DNA of 64,000 nt from Octopus bimaculoides (taxonomy: Eukaryota). Made by a program: the position numbers and the translations under genes. Shown piece by piece: positions 13,040 to 25,299 of this stretch. Under the pieces are notes generated by a model. The model was not told the origin of the DNA, searched no databases, and saw only the letters and a list, made by a program, of their open reading frames with translations. Numbering within the stretch: the stretch's first letter is position 1; every line of letters begins with the position of its first letter. The DNA is taken from NCBI RefSeq assembly GCF_001194135.2, contig NC_068986.1, positions 43,221,418-43,285,417 of the forward strand. Direction: 5' to 3'.

Positions 13040-14400
13040 CAGAAATTTACACAGTCTTGCAGAAAGTTAAACCAAAAACACATATCAATACATTATATGG
13101 CTACAACTTCAGAGATTCAATCATAATGGGAAGGTATATGGAGCGAACGAGAAAATCAAGATAAAAATGCTCAATGTATAAATAGGGAAATCGAAAGGAA
13201 GAGCAAAATAGCATCACAGTTATGGCGCACCAATACTATCCAATTGATGAGGAACTCACTGCGGACTATCAGTAACTGGAGAAAACCAACTGCTAGCTGA
13301 AACACCTCACCAGTACCCATACAAAACACCATTCACTCACAAAATTATAGTTCAATAACATGCCTATTAACAACCTACAATACCTTACATCAGTTATTTA
13401 TAACCGCCTTGTAATACACCTGGAAAACGATGTCATACTAGAAGATCAAAAGCGGATGTCGGGCAGGGATGTATGGTTGTAAAGAGCAGCTTCTGGTAAA
13501 TCAAACCGTTACAGAGGACTGTAAAAGGAGAAAAACAAACCCCAGTTTGACTTCATTACGAGAAATGTCCTACACTCGACAATGTCCTACACTCATAGTT
13601 ATTGGAGTCTTTCCACACAAATAAGTAGCTCCAACACCTCTAAAATATATCAATTATGCAATTTCAAACTGGAAAACCAGCATAACGCTGGAAAATGAAT
13701 CACAAGTCATTAAAGCTACTCTATACTCATAAGAAGATAAGTTTTTTTAAAGAAACTCGTTGTTCCCCTCCTCCCTGTACTTCTACACTGCTCTCACTCC
13801 ACTTTCAGACATTTTTAATGAAACCGTCATAGATTACAGATGCTATGAACAAACTATAAATCATCCCCTATACACGGTTAACTTTAAACTGTTCGCTAAA
13901 AATACCACAGAACAGAAAGCCCTTGTAAAAATGTCCATAGTTTCAGCAAGGACATCAGGATCAGCACGGGATTGGAAAATGTACCAAAGTGACAAATCAA
14001 TCAGCACTGAAAACACAGCACTCGGCAGAGAAAAAGAAATAAGAATTAGACCATAATCGCCTAGACAAATATCTAGGAATTGACAGACTAGCTAAAATAA
14101 AACACAGAAATGGAAGAGAAAATTAGGAGAGAATACTGCAGAAAATTTAGACTAATATTAAGCACTGAACTCAATGCTAAAAATAAGATAATTGGGTTAA
14201 ACACTCTCGCCATACCAGTCATAAACTACAGCTTCACCACAATATGCTGGAAGATTAGTGAATTGAAGAACGTAGATAAAAACACCAGAAAACTAATAAC
14301 AGCCTACCGAAATCACCACCACAAAGCAGAAACAGTCAGAATATATCTATCTCGCGCAGAAAGAGGACGCAGTCTGACACAGATAGAGAACTACTAAAAA
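13040..14400 (+). mobile_element. Old R4/Dong-type LINE, RT region
   Basis: GCKEQLLVN, ALTPLSDIF, and MEEKIRREY..LILSTELNAKNKIIGLNTLAIPVINYSF..IYLSRAERGRSL, homologous to ORF 59586-60422. Confidence 0.85.
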
Positions 14401-15760
14401 AACATCTTGTGACAGATTTTTACTCAACACTGAATAAATCAGAGAGAAATATCACTGGGCGATGTTATAACATCTGGGGAGACAATGTCGGAGAAAACTT
14501 TCGGGAAATTATAAACGCAAACAAATTAGCAAACGTACGTAGAGATATGTATAACAACACACTTACTCTTGCTGAAATAGAGGATATATAAAATGTTGTT
14601 TACAATAATTGAAATAATGACAATGAATAGTACGCAGTAGAAATTAACAACTCGAACTTAGAAGGAAGTGTTACAGTTAATAAACTACAACATTAAGTTG
14701 ATTATATGCCAGGAGACGAGGCGCACCAAGACCAAAATAATACGGCAGGACATGAGACCCTTCATGAAATAGAAATCACTGCAGAAGCTTTGTTTATAGA
14801 GGACATTGATAAAATCCAAGATGCAAATGTCATATCATACATGAATACAGTATCTCACAACATACAGAAATAAATGATAGAAGACGTCTAACCTATTTAC
14901 AATAAAAAATGTGTAATTACGCCTCTAGCGAAATCCTTCCAGAACCAAAATGCGACTTCGTTAAATCACCTCATATGTGCAGTAGTATCCGTATGCATCA
15001 AAGTAAAGGAAAATGAGACTCAAAAGGAACATGCAAAAACAGCCAAAATGGAAAGAACAAACAAAGAAATTAAACTGCTTAGGCGTGAAGTTTCTATCTT
15101 AGATGAATTATCTAAAGAGAACAACTTCAAAATAGGGAATGTCAGAACAGTGTAGTATAAGTATAAATTAACTGACATGGATTAAGTACTAAAATGCAAA
15201 GAGTTAGTAAATCAAAATCTATGGCTTAAAGCACAACGTATCCATAGGTTTGATAAAAGAGGTAGCTTCTAACTATTCAAAACGGGTGCGAAACTTTTTT
15301 AGAGAGAATTCGGAAAGCAAATAGAAATTAAAGACCCGCTTGAAATGCATGAGGTGGAAACTTCCCGGAAAAGTATATGGAGTGGTAACAAGGTATTTAA
15401 TGAAAATTGTATATGGACCGCAAGAGCGGAATAAAGAATGGTGACTGTAGAACAGAACTGGGAAGCTATCACCGTCAAGGGACTGAAAAAAACCTCATCA
15501 AAGTGTCATAAATAGAAATCTCCTGGGTATGATATGATACCAAACTTGTGTTTGAATGCTCTGGCATCACCACGCTAGCAATTATCTGAGTGTTGTTCTG
15601 ACATAATGAAAAACTCAGAAAAAAACGCCATCTTGGATTACCCAAGAGATAATTTATATGCTGCTTGAAAATGATGAAACGCAAAACCCGATGAGTTACG
15701 GGCCAATTACGTGCCCTGCTACTTCTCTCAAAAGTCATTGCAAATTACCCAGTGAATATA
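14400..15760 (+). mobile_element. R4/Dong-type LINE, N-terminal/pre-RT region (second piece)
   Basis: KAQRIHRFDKR..LFKTGAK, KSPGYDMIPN, WITQE, SYGPITCP. These are pre-RT and RT domain 0/1 motifs of RLE-class LINEs. Confidence 0.7.
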
Positions 15761-16027
15761 CTATGCTTCTCTATCATGCTTGTTGAGATACTCTGTAGGC
15801 GCAAGAAATTTGCACATAGGAACAACATGATTGATGGTTTCCTTTTGTTTGTTACATAAACGACATGGGCTATTGCCGTTCTTTAATATGTTGGTCTGGT
15901 AGATTCTTGTAGGTAGGCATTGATCGTGGGCTCCTATGATAAAGTTTTCTGTCTCTGTTTTTCAGCCAGAAGACACTAACCATTGATGGGTAAGGGCTTT
16001 TTCAACATCAGCATAATTAGCTCTCTT

Positions 16028-16260
16028 TGGGTATTTTTCCTTAAGAGGGTGGTGAGTTAGCAGAATTGTTAGCACGCCAGTCAAATGCTTAGCAGCATCT
16101 CGTCCGTCTTTAAATCCTGAGTTCAAATTTCGCTGCGGTCGACTTTTATCCTTTCGGTGTCGATAAATTAAGTGCCAAAAATAATAACTTCTTTTATTAA
16201 CTACCGGTGCATTGATGAGGATGACAGTGAATTGACAGAAATGCCAGTGAATTGCCACAC
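16028..16260 (+). mobile_element. S1 tRNA-derived SINE
   Basis: ggtgagttagcagaattgttagcacg (box A-like) ... gagttcaaatttcg (box B-like) ... cctttcggtgtcgataaattaagt. Confidence 0.8.
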
Positions 16261-16264
16261 TCAC

Positions 16265-16800
16265 TGATCTTCTTTTTTTTTTTCACAAATTCACCTGGAA
16301 AGGGAAGTAGTACTTTGCTCTCTAACCTCATTTCCCTTTCCAAGTGGAGTTTAACAAATTCGATGACGGTATGACCGAATCAGAAGGTATCTCTCTTCAA
16401 CACTTTCGACCGTGTCCACCACACTTTTTTTGCCTTAACCAACAGACAGAGCTACACCGCCTGCTCTGTTTTGTTAAAGGTGTGTGGTGGTGCGATCTAC
16501 ACGATTCATTCGGCTGATTGTCTGATGTGCCCCACATGCGATAACAACTATTCGACATAAATCCACAAATTATCAATACTCGGACATTGTGCGTGTGCAG
16601 AAAGATTTCGTCTCTGCGCACATCACGGGATTTCTGGAAATTTCCCTCGGTACTACCAAGTCCGAAAGTTCTCCGAAACAGATAAGTTTATCCTCATCGA
16701 TGCCTAATGTTTCCCCGAGAACGTCATGGCTCTTACCACCACTAGATTTCTATATATACCTTACGTAAATTTCCTCCGATCGCATTGTCCTACTAGCAGA
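16265..16800 (-). mobile_element. L1/Tx1-like LINE 3' fragment
   Basis: Reverse complement aligns with 52830-53250 (gttctcggggaaac..ttaggc/t..actttcggac..aatttccagaaatccc) and ends at a T-run near 16275. Confidence 0.7.
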
Positions 16801-17109
16801 AGGCAGTGAGCGCCTGAAGGTATTTCGTATGTCAGGCACCCGGATGCCAAACAATTGTCAAGTAACAAGCTAAATCAAAAACTTTTGAAGAGATAACTAC
16901 GTAAATAATACGCAAGAAAATTTATTGAACATTACCACACATAATTGATTTATTGCAAATGTTTCTGGTGTTGGGTGAATTCCTCATACGTTTAAACAAT
17001 TACTACATTGGTTAAATTAATAGCAGACTGTTTGGTCACCCTACCATCAGGTAACAAATAGTTTTTTTAGGATACTTAAAACTTCTTGCACAATATGTAG
17101 GAAGAATCA

Positions 17110-17503
17110 TGAGTTACTCTTTTACTCTTTTATTTGCTTCAGTCTTTTGACCGTGGCCATGCTGGAGCACCGCCTTTAGTCGAGCAAATCGACCCCAGGA
17201 CTTATTCTTTAGAAGCCTAGTACTTATTCTATCGGTCTCTATTGCCGAACCGCTAAGTTACGGGGACATAAACACACCAGCATCGGTTGTCAAGCGATGT
17301 TGCGGGGGACAAACACAGACACGCAAACACATACACACATACATATATATACATACATATATACGACGAGCTTCTTTCAGTTTCCGTCTACCAAATCCAC
17401 TCACAAGGCTTTGGTCGGCCCGAGGCTATAGTAGAAGACACTTGCCCAAGATGCCACGCAGTGGGACTGAACCCGGGACCATGTGGTTGGTAAGCAAGCT
17501 ACT
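17110..17503 (-). mobile_element. tRNA-derived SINE family S2
   Basis: Minus-strand head aagtagcttgcttaccaaccacatggtcccgggttcagtccc, central tgggcaagtgtcttct block, internal AC/AT repeat, (AAAGAGT)n tail. Second copy at 41905. Confidence 0.85.
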
Positions 17504-19004
17504 TTATATCGATAAAAACATGTAAAAAGTTGGCCGACAAACATAATGACAATCTATATAAAGATCTTTCATTCCATGTTTTTCAAATAAAACAGGAACA
17601 GTATAAATAGTCACAAAAGAAATGTATTTTCCTTCTACATAAATATTTTACAGCGAGATTGTATTACAAAATTATAACAAATGACAATAAATTAGAATAA
17701 AAGTTTTGGAGAAAATAGTCCGTGTGTAAGTTTATAGCTGAACCCCCATACCATGGCAGCTAACTGAAGAAGAGAGGAGAAATTTAAAATATCAAAGAGA
17801 AAACCTACATTCCCAAAACACAATTACCAAACAGAAACAACTAACGACAACTAAGACCGCTGAAGACACAAACCTCTAAAATACAAATATACATGTTAAA
17901 CGAATAATTTAAGTTAAAAAAGATTCGAGAAACTCCACAACTCCAACAGAATATTGACCAACGAAAACTGCACCAGAACGGCACAAACAAAACTGTACAC
18001 AAAAGGCAATATGAAAAATAAGAATGAGAAATGCCATAAATAGATATGTGAAAATCTAAAGCTGAAAATTAATGAACACTTATAAACAACAATGCACGTC
18101 TTTCTGGACAAACAAAAGTACTTCTCATGGATAAAACTCAAAGATAATATAGCATAAACATTCAAAGATACAAGCCTAAGCAACACAGAGTATATTAGAT
18201 GTAAACACAGACATCAATAACGTCAGTCTAAGTTGTGATAATACAGTAACCATCGTTACTAAAAAGGAAAGTAGCTACTTAAATTTACAAAAAAGGGAAA
18301 ATATCAAAAACCAAACAACATGGTAAACAAATAAACAGTAAAAACTTTCAAAATAAAAGAAATCATCTATCAATCTTTAATGCAATCAATAGGAAAACGA
18401 TAAACTGAAAAAGTGAGGCAGTCAAATACAAAAGAAATATAAGATAACAAAAAGACGTGGCCTAAAACGAAGAACTTCTGAGCAAGAGATCCTTGCTTAC
18501 CATCATTCACCAATAGCTTTCTAATAAAACGAACATTTCCATTCCAATCCAAAATGATTTATCAACAATAGGGTTAAAATAAAGTCAATGCAGCACCAAC
18601 ACCAAGAAGTTGGACTACAAAAGTGTCAAGAAAAGAATGGAAAATCAATAAAAGATTACAAAACACGAGCAAAAAGAAATAATTGCTTTTTAGCATTAGT
18701 AAGTAATCGTTACAAAAAAAATTGTTCAAAATAATGACCCCAACACTGGAACAACAGCAAAAGAATAAAATTACACAGTGCCAAAATTACAATTAAAAGG
18801 TACCAGAATATAAAATTCTCAACTTGCTGTTGAATTCAATACTATAGATTTCTTGATTATAGAGTTCCTTTGTACTTTCGATAAATAGAATATTGGTCAC
18901 ACATGCGATACATCTCCAAGCTTTAGGCTCATCCTAAGATGAAGAGGCTTCGGCTAAACATTGAATCACCTAACATCTTCCGAGCAGAGTTATTTCATCT
19001 GAAT

Positions 19005-19198
19005 AAGGCGGTGAGCTGGCAGAATAGTTAGCACGCTGGATGAAATACTAAGAGGTATTTCGCCCGTCTTTATGTCCTGAGTTCGAATTCCGCCGAGGTT
19101 GACTTTCCCTTTCATCCTTTCTGGTCGATAAAATAAGTATCAGTTGAACACGGGAGTCGATGTAATCGATTCATCTCCACCTCCTCCAAGCTGCCCTT
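19005..19198 (+). mobile_element. S1 SINE
   Basis: ggcggtgagctggcagaatagttagc...gagttcgaattccgccgaggttgactt. Confidence 0.85.
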
Positions 19199-19953
19199 GT
19201 GGCAAAAATTTACCAGGATCTATTTCATTGTGTCGAGGAAGATGAAAACTTTTTGAAAACGGTTATAACAAGTGACGAATCGTGCGTCTATGGCTATGAT
19301 TTCAAAACCAAAACTCAGTCTTCGCAGTTGTTGTTGTTGGCACTCCGTCGCTTACGACGTCGAGGGTTCCAGTTGATCCGATCAACGGAACAGCCTGCTC
19401 GTGAAATTAACGTGCAAGTGGCTGAACACTCCACAGACACGTGTACCCTTAACGTAGTTCTCGGGGATATTCAGCGTGACAAGGCTGGCCCTTAGTAATA
19501 CAAGTACAATAGAAAGAGGAAGTGAGAGTGACAGAAAGTTGTGGTGGAAGAGTACAGCAGGGTTCGCCACCATCCCCTGCCGGAGCCTCGTGGAGCATTA
19601 GGTGTTTTCGCTCAATAAACACTCACAACGCCCGGTCTGGGAATCGAAACCGCGATCCTATGACCGCAAGTTTGCTTCCCTAACCACTGGGCCATTGCGC
19701 CTCCACTTGTCTTCGCAGTAGAAGTTCCCACACAAGATTTCAACACATCGAAGAAATCCAAGAGTAGACGAGGCAGATGATCGCTATTCCTAAAAAGGAG
19801 TTCCAAGAATTCGCCCTTGAATGGAAACGCCGCTGAATGAGGTATATTGCTTCAGAAGGGAATTATTTCGCAGGTGATTACGTAGTAAATTGTTATGTGT
19901 TGTAGTTTTCTTTTTATAGCAACAATCCCGATAATTTATGGTCCGACCTCGTA
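19199..19953 (+). mobile_element. Internally deleted mariner element interrupted by a SINE; putative right TIR ends at 19951 followed by TA
   Basis: FLKTVITSDESCVYGYDFKTKTQSSQ|*K (mariner IT.DETWVY.YDPETK.QS.QW) resumes after the SINE; C-terminus EWKRR*MRYIASEGNYFAGD; end ...ggtccgacctcgta. Confidence 0.82.
19329..19706 (-). mobile_element. tRNA-derived SINE family S3, full length, with 11-bp target-site duplication
   Basis: Head gtggaggcgcaatggcccagtggttagg..ggtttcgattcccagacc; (CAA)n tail; GTCTTCGCAGT duplicated at 19318-19328 and 19709-19719. Confidence 0.9.
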
Positions 19954-20884
19954 TAAACGTGAAATTGTCGATATAAAAAAGACATCTTTTGGTTACTACC
20001 CTGCTTATCTGTAATCGATCTCATTTTACCATATATACCTTTACAGAATCACTTCTGTTCGTTTGAAAATATTTTTTTCTGAACTCTATGTCTATGAAAT
20101 ACAAATACTTTGCGAATTAGTGTATCTTCTTTTAGGAGTTTTTCATTTCGGGTAACTGTCTTTTCAAATATCTTATACCATATCTCTATAGCGTTTGCCG
20201 TTCCTTTGTTTATTATTGTCTTTCAAATAATGATTGAGAAAACATTTATTTATTTTTTTGTGTATATTTCATTGTTTTTTTCTTTCTGTATTCCTATATG
20301 AAAATATCTAAAGGAGTGAATGAGCATTTATTTTATTAATAACTAGACAGGCTGCTACAACATATTTCGTTTAATCTGGTAATATCATTATTCGGGTTAT
20401 TTTCATTAGGTTTGTGATAGTCTGGTTAACATATTTATTGATGTTATTATTTCATAGCTCTTTAAAAAATAATAGGTATTTCTGTTGATTCGTAGAAAGT
20501 TCTGTTCATTTAAATTATTAAACAAGTATAAACTATAGTACCATATTCGTGATTTCTACTTTTAGAATTCTTCTATTTTTAAATCTTTGTCACATTTCTT
20601 TTCATGCTTATATTTTATGAGATGTTGTTCGTCACTATTCGCAGAGTGTTTAGGGCTGGGTTATATTGATGTTTTGATGTTACCTTCCCTTTTCATTTGC
20701 TGATGTGAGGTCTATCTTCGTGTTTTATTTGCACGCAGTTTGTTTTATTGATTTGCCTTAGTTCAGTGCATTTGCGTTTTTCTTATGTATTCTGATGTAT
20801 TTTTCTTTTAAGTTTTACATTTCAATTTCAGGTATATTGTTCATTTTTACTAAATGGCCATATGCTCAGTAAACGTCGAGTATC

Positions 20885-21844
20885 GATCTTTTCCTTTTGG
20901 CCGGCACATTGAAAAAATATTTTTTTGTAACTAAACACTTTCAAATTTCGTATACTGGTAGAATGTGTCATTTAGAACATCATTTACTCTTGGCGTTTTT
21001 AAGAAAATTGTTTATTTTTGAAGTTATTTCGTGTTAAAGTTGTCGTATTTCGATAATTTCAACCAAGCAATGACGTCTATTGAGGTGAAAACAATTACTG
21101 CTGTGGTTTGTCAACAAGACGTTCCGGCGGTGTACATTTAGTTTGTCACTGTTATTTCTGATATATTTACATTTGAGATACACGTGTGTATAGTTTAATC
21201 AATTCAGTTATTAGTTATTTTAGCGTTTTCGAAATTGCCTATTTTGTTTGTTGAATTATTTTCGTTTGCTTAGTGTTTACTTAGAAAAAATTAATTTCTT
21301 GATGTGCCGTTCAAAGGGAAAAGATTCCATTTTCCCCCTACAATTTCTTCATTTTTCACATTTTTCCGTAACTCTAACCCTAAAATCCCAACCCTAACCC
21401 TAACCCTAAAACTCCAACCCTAACCGTCACCCTAAAACCTTAACCCTAACCCTAACTCTAAATCCCTAACCCTAATCCTAAAACCCAAACCCTAACACTA
21501 AAACCTGAACCCTAACGCTAACCCTAAAACCCTAAAGCTAAAACAAGTACAAACTCACGAACGAGATCATAAATAGCAGTGACAAACGAAATATACACCA
21601 CCGATAGTTGTTGTTGACAAACAACGGCAGTAATTTTATTCAGCTGAATACACGTCATTGATTGGTTGCAATTACCGAAATACGACAACTTTAACACGAA
21701 ATAATTTTGAAAATATAAACTTTTCTCAACATTACTAAGAGTAAAAGATGTTTTATGTGACACATTCTACCAGTGTCCGAAGTTTGAAAGTGTTTAGTTA
21801 CAAAAAATTAATTTCTCGATGTGCCGTTCAAAGGTAAAGGATCC
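20885..21844. mobile_element. Fold-back non-autonomous element with ~280-bp imperfect terminal inverted repeats
   Basis: 20885-21163 is the reverse complement of 21566-21844 (e.g. ttttgtaactaaacactttcaaa / tttgaaagtgtttagttacaaaa; tcgtgttaaagttgtcgtatttcg / cgaaatacgacaactttaacacga). Confidence 0.85.
21371..21540. repeat. Degenerate interstitial telomere-like (CCCTAA)n array
   Basis: Many ccctaa units with variants ccctaaaa, ctctaa, cactaa, cgctaa. Confidence 0.9.
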
Positions 21845-23109
21845 TATGCATTTAATATGCTTTTGCATATTTGAACATGAAAATGTTAATTGCGGTTGTG
21901 TTTCGTCATTAGAGAATAGCTTCTCCTTTTAGACAAATGTGTGTTCATAACTCATTCGATTCATAAGCATAAAAGGATTCTGATACACCTGATGTTTCTT
22001 CAGCGTGGTGTCTCTTAAGCCAAAAACTGACTAATGGATCTAAGAAGCCTAATAAATTTAACAAGTATGTACGGGTCTTCGACATATTTCTTATGTGTGC
22101 TGGTATCTATAAACCGATGATAAATCGTCACGTGCACGGGGAAGTCAATAATCAAGACGAGGATTTGAATGATCATTCTTAATACGTTCCAACATATTCG
22201 AATACGAATATGCTAATCGCAATTGTATTTTGTCATTGGGGACCAATTTTATTTTGCGTTGGCAGATATCAGCATGCATCAGCAAATAATTTGCTGAAAT
22301 TATAAACAAGATCCACGAACTCTTGTTAGATGCATTAGTTCGAGATGCTTTTGGCTCACGAGTCAAAAAGATGTCGGAACAACGGATGTTCCAGAGTCTT
22401 CTTATGCTAATGAATTGAGCATGTTCAGAACACACGTTTGTCAAAAAGGAGTTGTTCTTCAATGATAAATCACGACAGTAATTAGTATATATGTCTTCAA
22501 ATCTGTTGTAACATATTAAGAATGAATATGCAAGTCATGTTTATTTTTAGAATGAGATCTGTGATATCTTTTCTGTAAATTTTATGCCTAAATACAATCC
22601 TAGTCATGTTTTAGAAGAATATGGATGTAAAATTTTGCACAGAAGCGTAGTTTTTATGCAGCTGTTAACAAATCTACCACGTACCGTCTTGTTACTTTTG
22701 GCGATGCTGATTTCTGCAAGCTTCCAAATGCTAACTGGGGGTTCTCCCTTTAACTTTGCGTTGGATGGGATGATCTTTATTTGCTTTGTTAATTTTTGTT
22801 AAATTTTGTATATTGGAGACAAAATCGTTTTGCTTTCATATGAAGCGCGCTTCATCATTTTCTTTCCATATGATATTCGATTACCGAGCGGTATAAACGT
22901 AATTATAATTATATGAGGTAACACCATTAGTCTCACAAGTCAATAGCTATATAATTCAAATAGTTATTCTTTCCGTCTATATTGGTTGATATTTAACAGT
23001 TATCAAAGTATGTGGGGGTGCGAATTCAGCTTGTAGTCTATATTAAACGCAGAACGGTTTTTTGTCAAACGTTCTTCGGCATTTGTAAAATATACCCCGT
23101 TCTTGTTAA

Positions 23110-23880
23110 AGATTCTTGTTAAGGGTTCTTGTTGGTAAATGTCCAGTACTTTGTCCGCTTAGGAATTATTTCTAAATGTTCAGTCAGTTTACGTTTTTTG
23201 TAACTGCTCCTTCTAGGCTCAATCTCTTTCTGTGCTGGTATGTCGAACATGTCGTAAAACACTTCCATTAGAATTTCCGTCCTTTCTTCTGTATGTCTGA
23301 TTTTTAATTGATTTAGGTGTCGTTTATGCTCCCATCGTTGGCCCTTTATTAAAAACATCATGATTGCAATTCTTTCAGTCACTGCACTATCATGCCAACT
23401 CTCTTTAACTTTCTTGTATACTTTGAAATGGGCTTTGTCCTCGACATTAAAATGTTTAGTTGAATTTTTTGTATTTTGTCTATACATTTTTTCCTTTGGC
23501 AACAATTTGTTGAAAATCGGTTCAATCTTTCGAACGACCATTAGCTCTGCAGACGACTTGTCTGAACTGGTATTCAGATTGGGCGTTATTCTGTACACCC
23601 TTAAGTTAGAACCTTTAGTTAGAACTTCGTCATTTTCCAACGCGTTACTTACTTTTTCAGCGCTCGCTTGAAATTATCAGCCAATCGTTCTGCTTACCCA
23701 TTTGACCTCGGCTGGCAGGGCGGGGTAAACATGCATTTAGCAGAATTTCTTAAACTCATGTCCTGTAAATTGTGTTCCATTGTCCGATATTATGGTGTCC
23801 GGAACACCGTATCGAACAAAAAGTTCGTGCAAGAACTTTATTGCTGCATTCGATCTGTTATTCGTTAAACTTTCCCAAAT
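23110..23880 (-). mobile_element. Ty3/Gypsy-type integrase fragment (rve core plus C-terminal domain)
   Basis: AIKFLHELFVRYGVPDTIISDNGTQFTGHEFKKFC, PRSNG*AER..FKRALKK, YRITPN..SSAELMVVRK, HKRHLNQLK. Confidence 0.88.
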
Positions 23881-25299
23881 CATGTATTCTTGAAAATTTC
23901 AAGTTCGAAAACTAAAGATGTTCAAAACATGTTTTACGATTAACAGTTTGTGCATTAATCACGTTTCAAAATCTTTGAAGAGTTGTTTTTATTGGAAAAT
24001 GGCCTAAGGCAAATGTCTTTACTCGTGATAATAAATTTATTTTCCTGGTGTAAATATCAAAATGAATGGGAAGGAAAACATGGTCTTGGCCATTAAACTC
24101 GATGAATTCGGAAGTTGTTACTTCATGCGGATTAGAAACGAGGCTTCATTTCTTTAACTGTGTGCTATCTGTCTGGATTAGTATTCATGGAAAAGAGTAA
24201 TTCTGATCAAGAATTAATCCAGAAGTAGTGGATTTTATCTAATCCCAGATATTTTCATCTATCAATTTTAATTAAGGTGCGTTAGATTCTTCGATATGGG
24301 TATTACATCATTGCTCTTACGGGTATTTATCATTGTTTTTCTTTCATCATTCATTCATTCGGCATCAATGCTGAATATTTTCTAATACTTGGAAATTTCT
24401 ACTGAAGTGAATCAATACCCATTGACATAAAGATTTTATATTGCTTTTGGGCATTTCACTTTTTCCATTTTTTTTACATTTCATTCTTTAAGAACATAAG
24501 TTGCATCTAAATTTTTTTAAACAAATTCCCTTCATTTACTGAAGAGTTTTGGTTGTTTTTTTTATCGTTTATTTCTTTCGAGTTTATCATTTTAAATCCT
24601 TACGATATTCGCTTCGCGATCTTGTGTGTAATAGGTCTTCTCAAAATATTTCAATTTCGTTTTGGATATATTTTTCCATATAGGAACTAACAATTTCTAT
24701 AAGATTCTTCTTTAGTATATATATTCCTTTCACAGACAGATCCAGAATATTAAGCTTTTATTTGTTTTTGGAAGTTATATCATCATACATATGCATTTTC
24801 ATAATTTGTTACTTTCGGCATTGGATTCCAGCTTCCGCAATGTTATGCTAAACCATATTAATGGAATGTAAAATATATTTTTAGCATTTGGTTAAAACCA
24901 TCCCATTTATAATCAAATAGCGTTTCGAACGTAGTAGGCTGATGAATACGATTTACTTCAGATATTTACGGAGATATCAAAAGATTTTGGCACATTAATA
25001 ATTCGAAATAAAAACAAATGTTTGTTTCATAAACTAATAAGCAATTAAAGAAAATTCACATAACTTGAAAATAATTATTTCTTTCTTAGCCTAAACAATA
25101 TCTTTCGCTTCCATATTCATCTATTTTTATTATTTCGAAGAAAAGCAATGATACAAAACAATCGATCAAACGCCTTGTTGAAATTCTTAATGCTTGGGCA
25201 GAAAATCAGTCGAAGCTCCAAGACAGAGACATCGTCGAGTGAAAGTTTTAGTTTAGATAAATGTATAACTGACTTATTATCTAGTGTGATGGATTTTCT

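Noticed and set aside
17520-18900. A-rich stretch possibly a decayed Penelope or LINE (similarly 7060-7800, 8300-9700, 20100-20880, 22000-23100, 23900-25300)
   Set aside because: No diagnostic motif could be read confidently; left unannotated pending a repeat-library search.
18925-18965. Possible hammerhead remnant (ctaagatgaagaggcttcggctaaac with a C-UUCG-G loop)
   Set aside because: Neither CTGANGA nor GAAA is intact; too degenerate to support.
19620-19706. tRNA gene candidates (heads of S1-S4 and 59255-59320)
   Set aside because: A/B boxes are present, but no complete cloverleaf is evident and the heads continue into SINE bodies.
21371-21540. A true telomere or chromosome-fusion scar
   Set aside because: Short, degenerate, single orientation, and enclosed by inverted arms of a mobile-type element.
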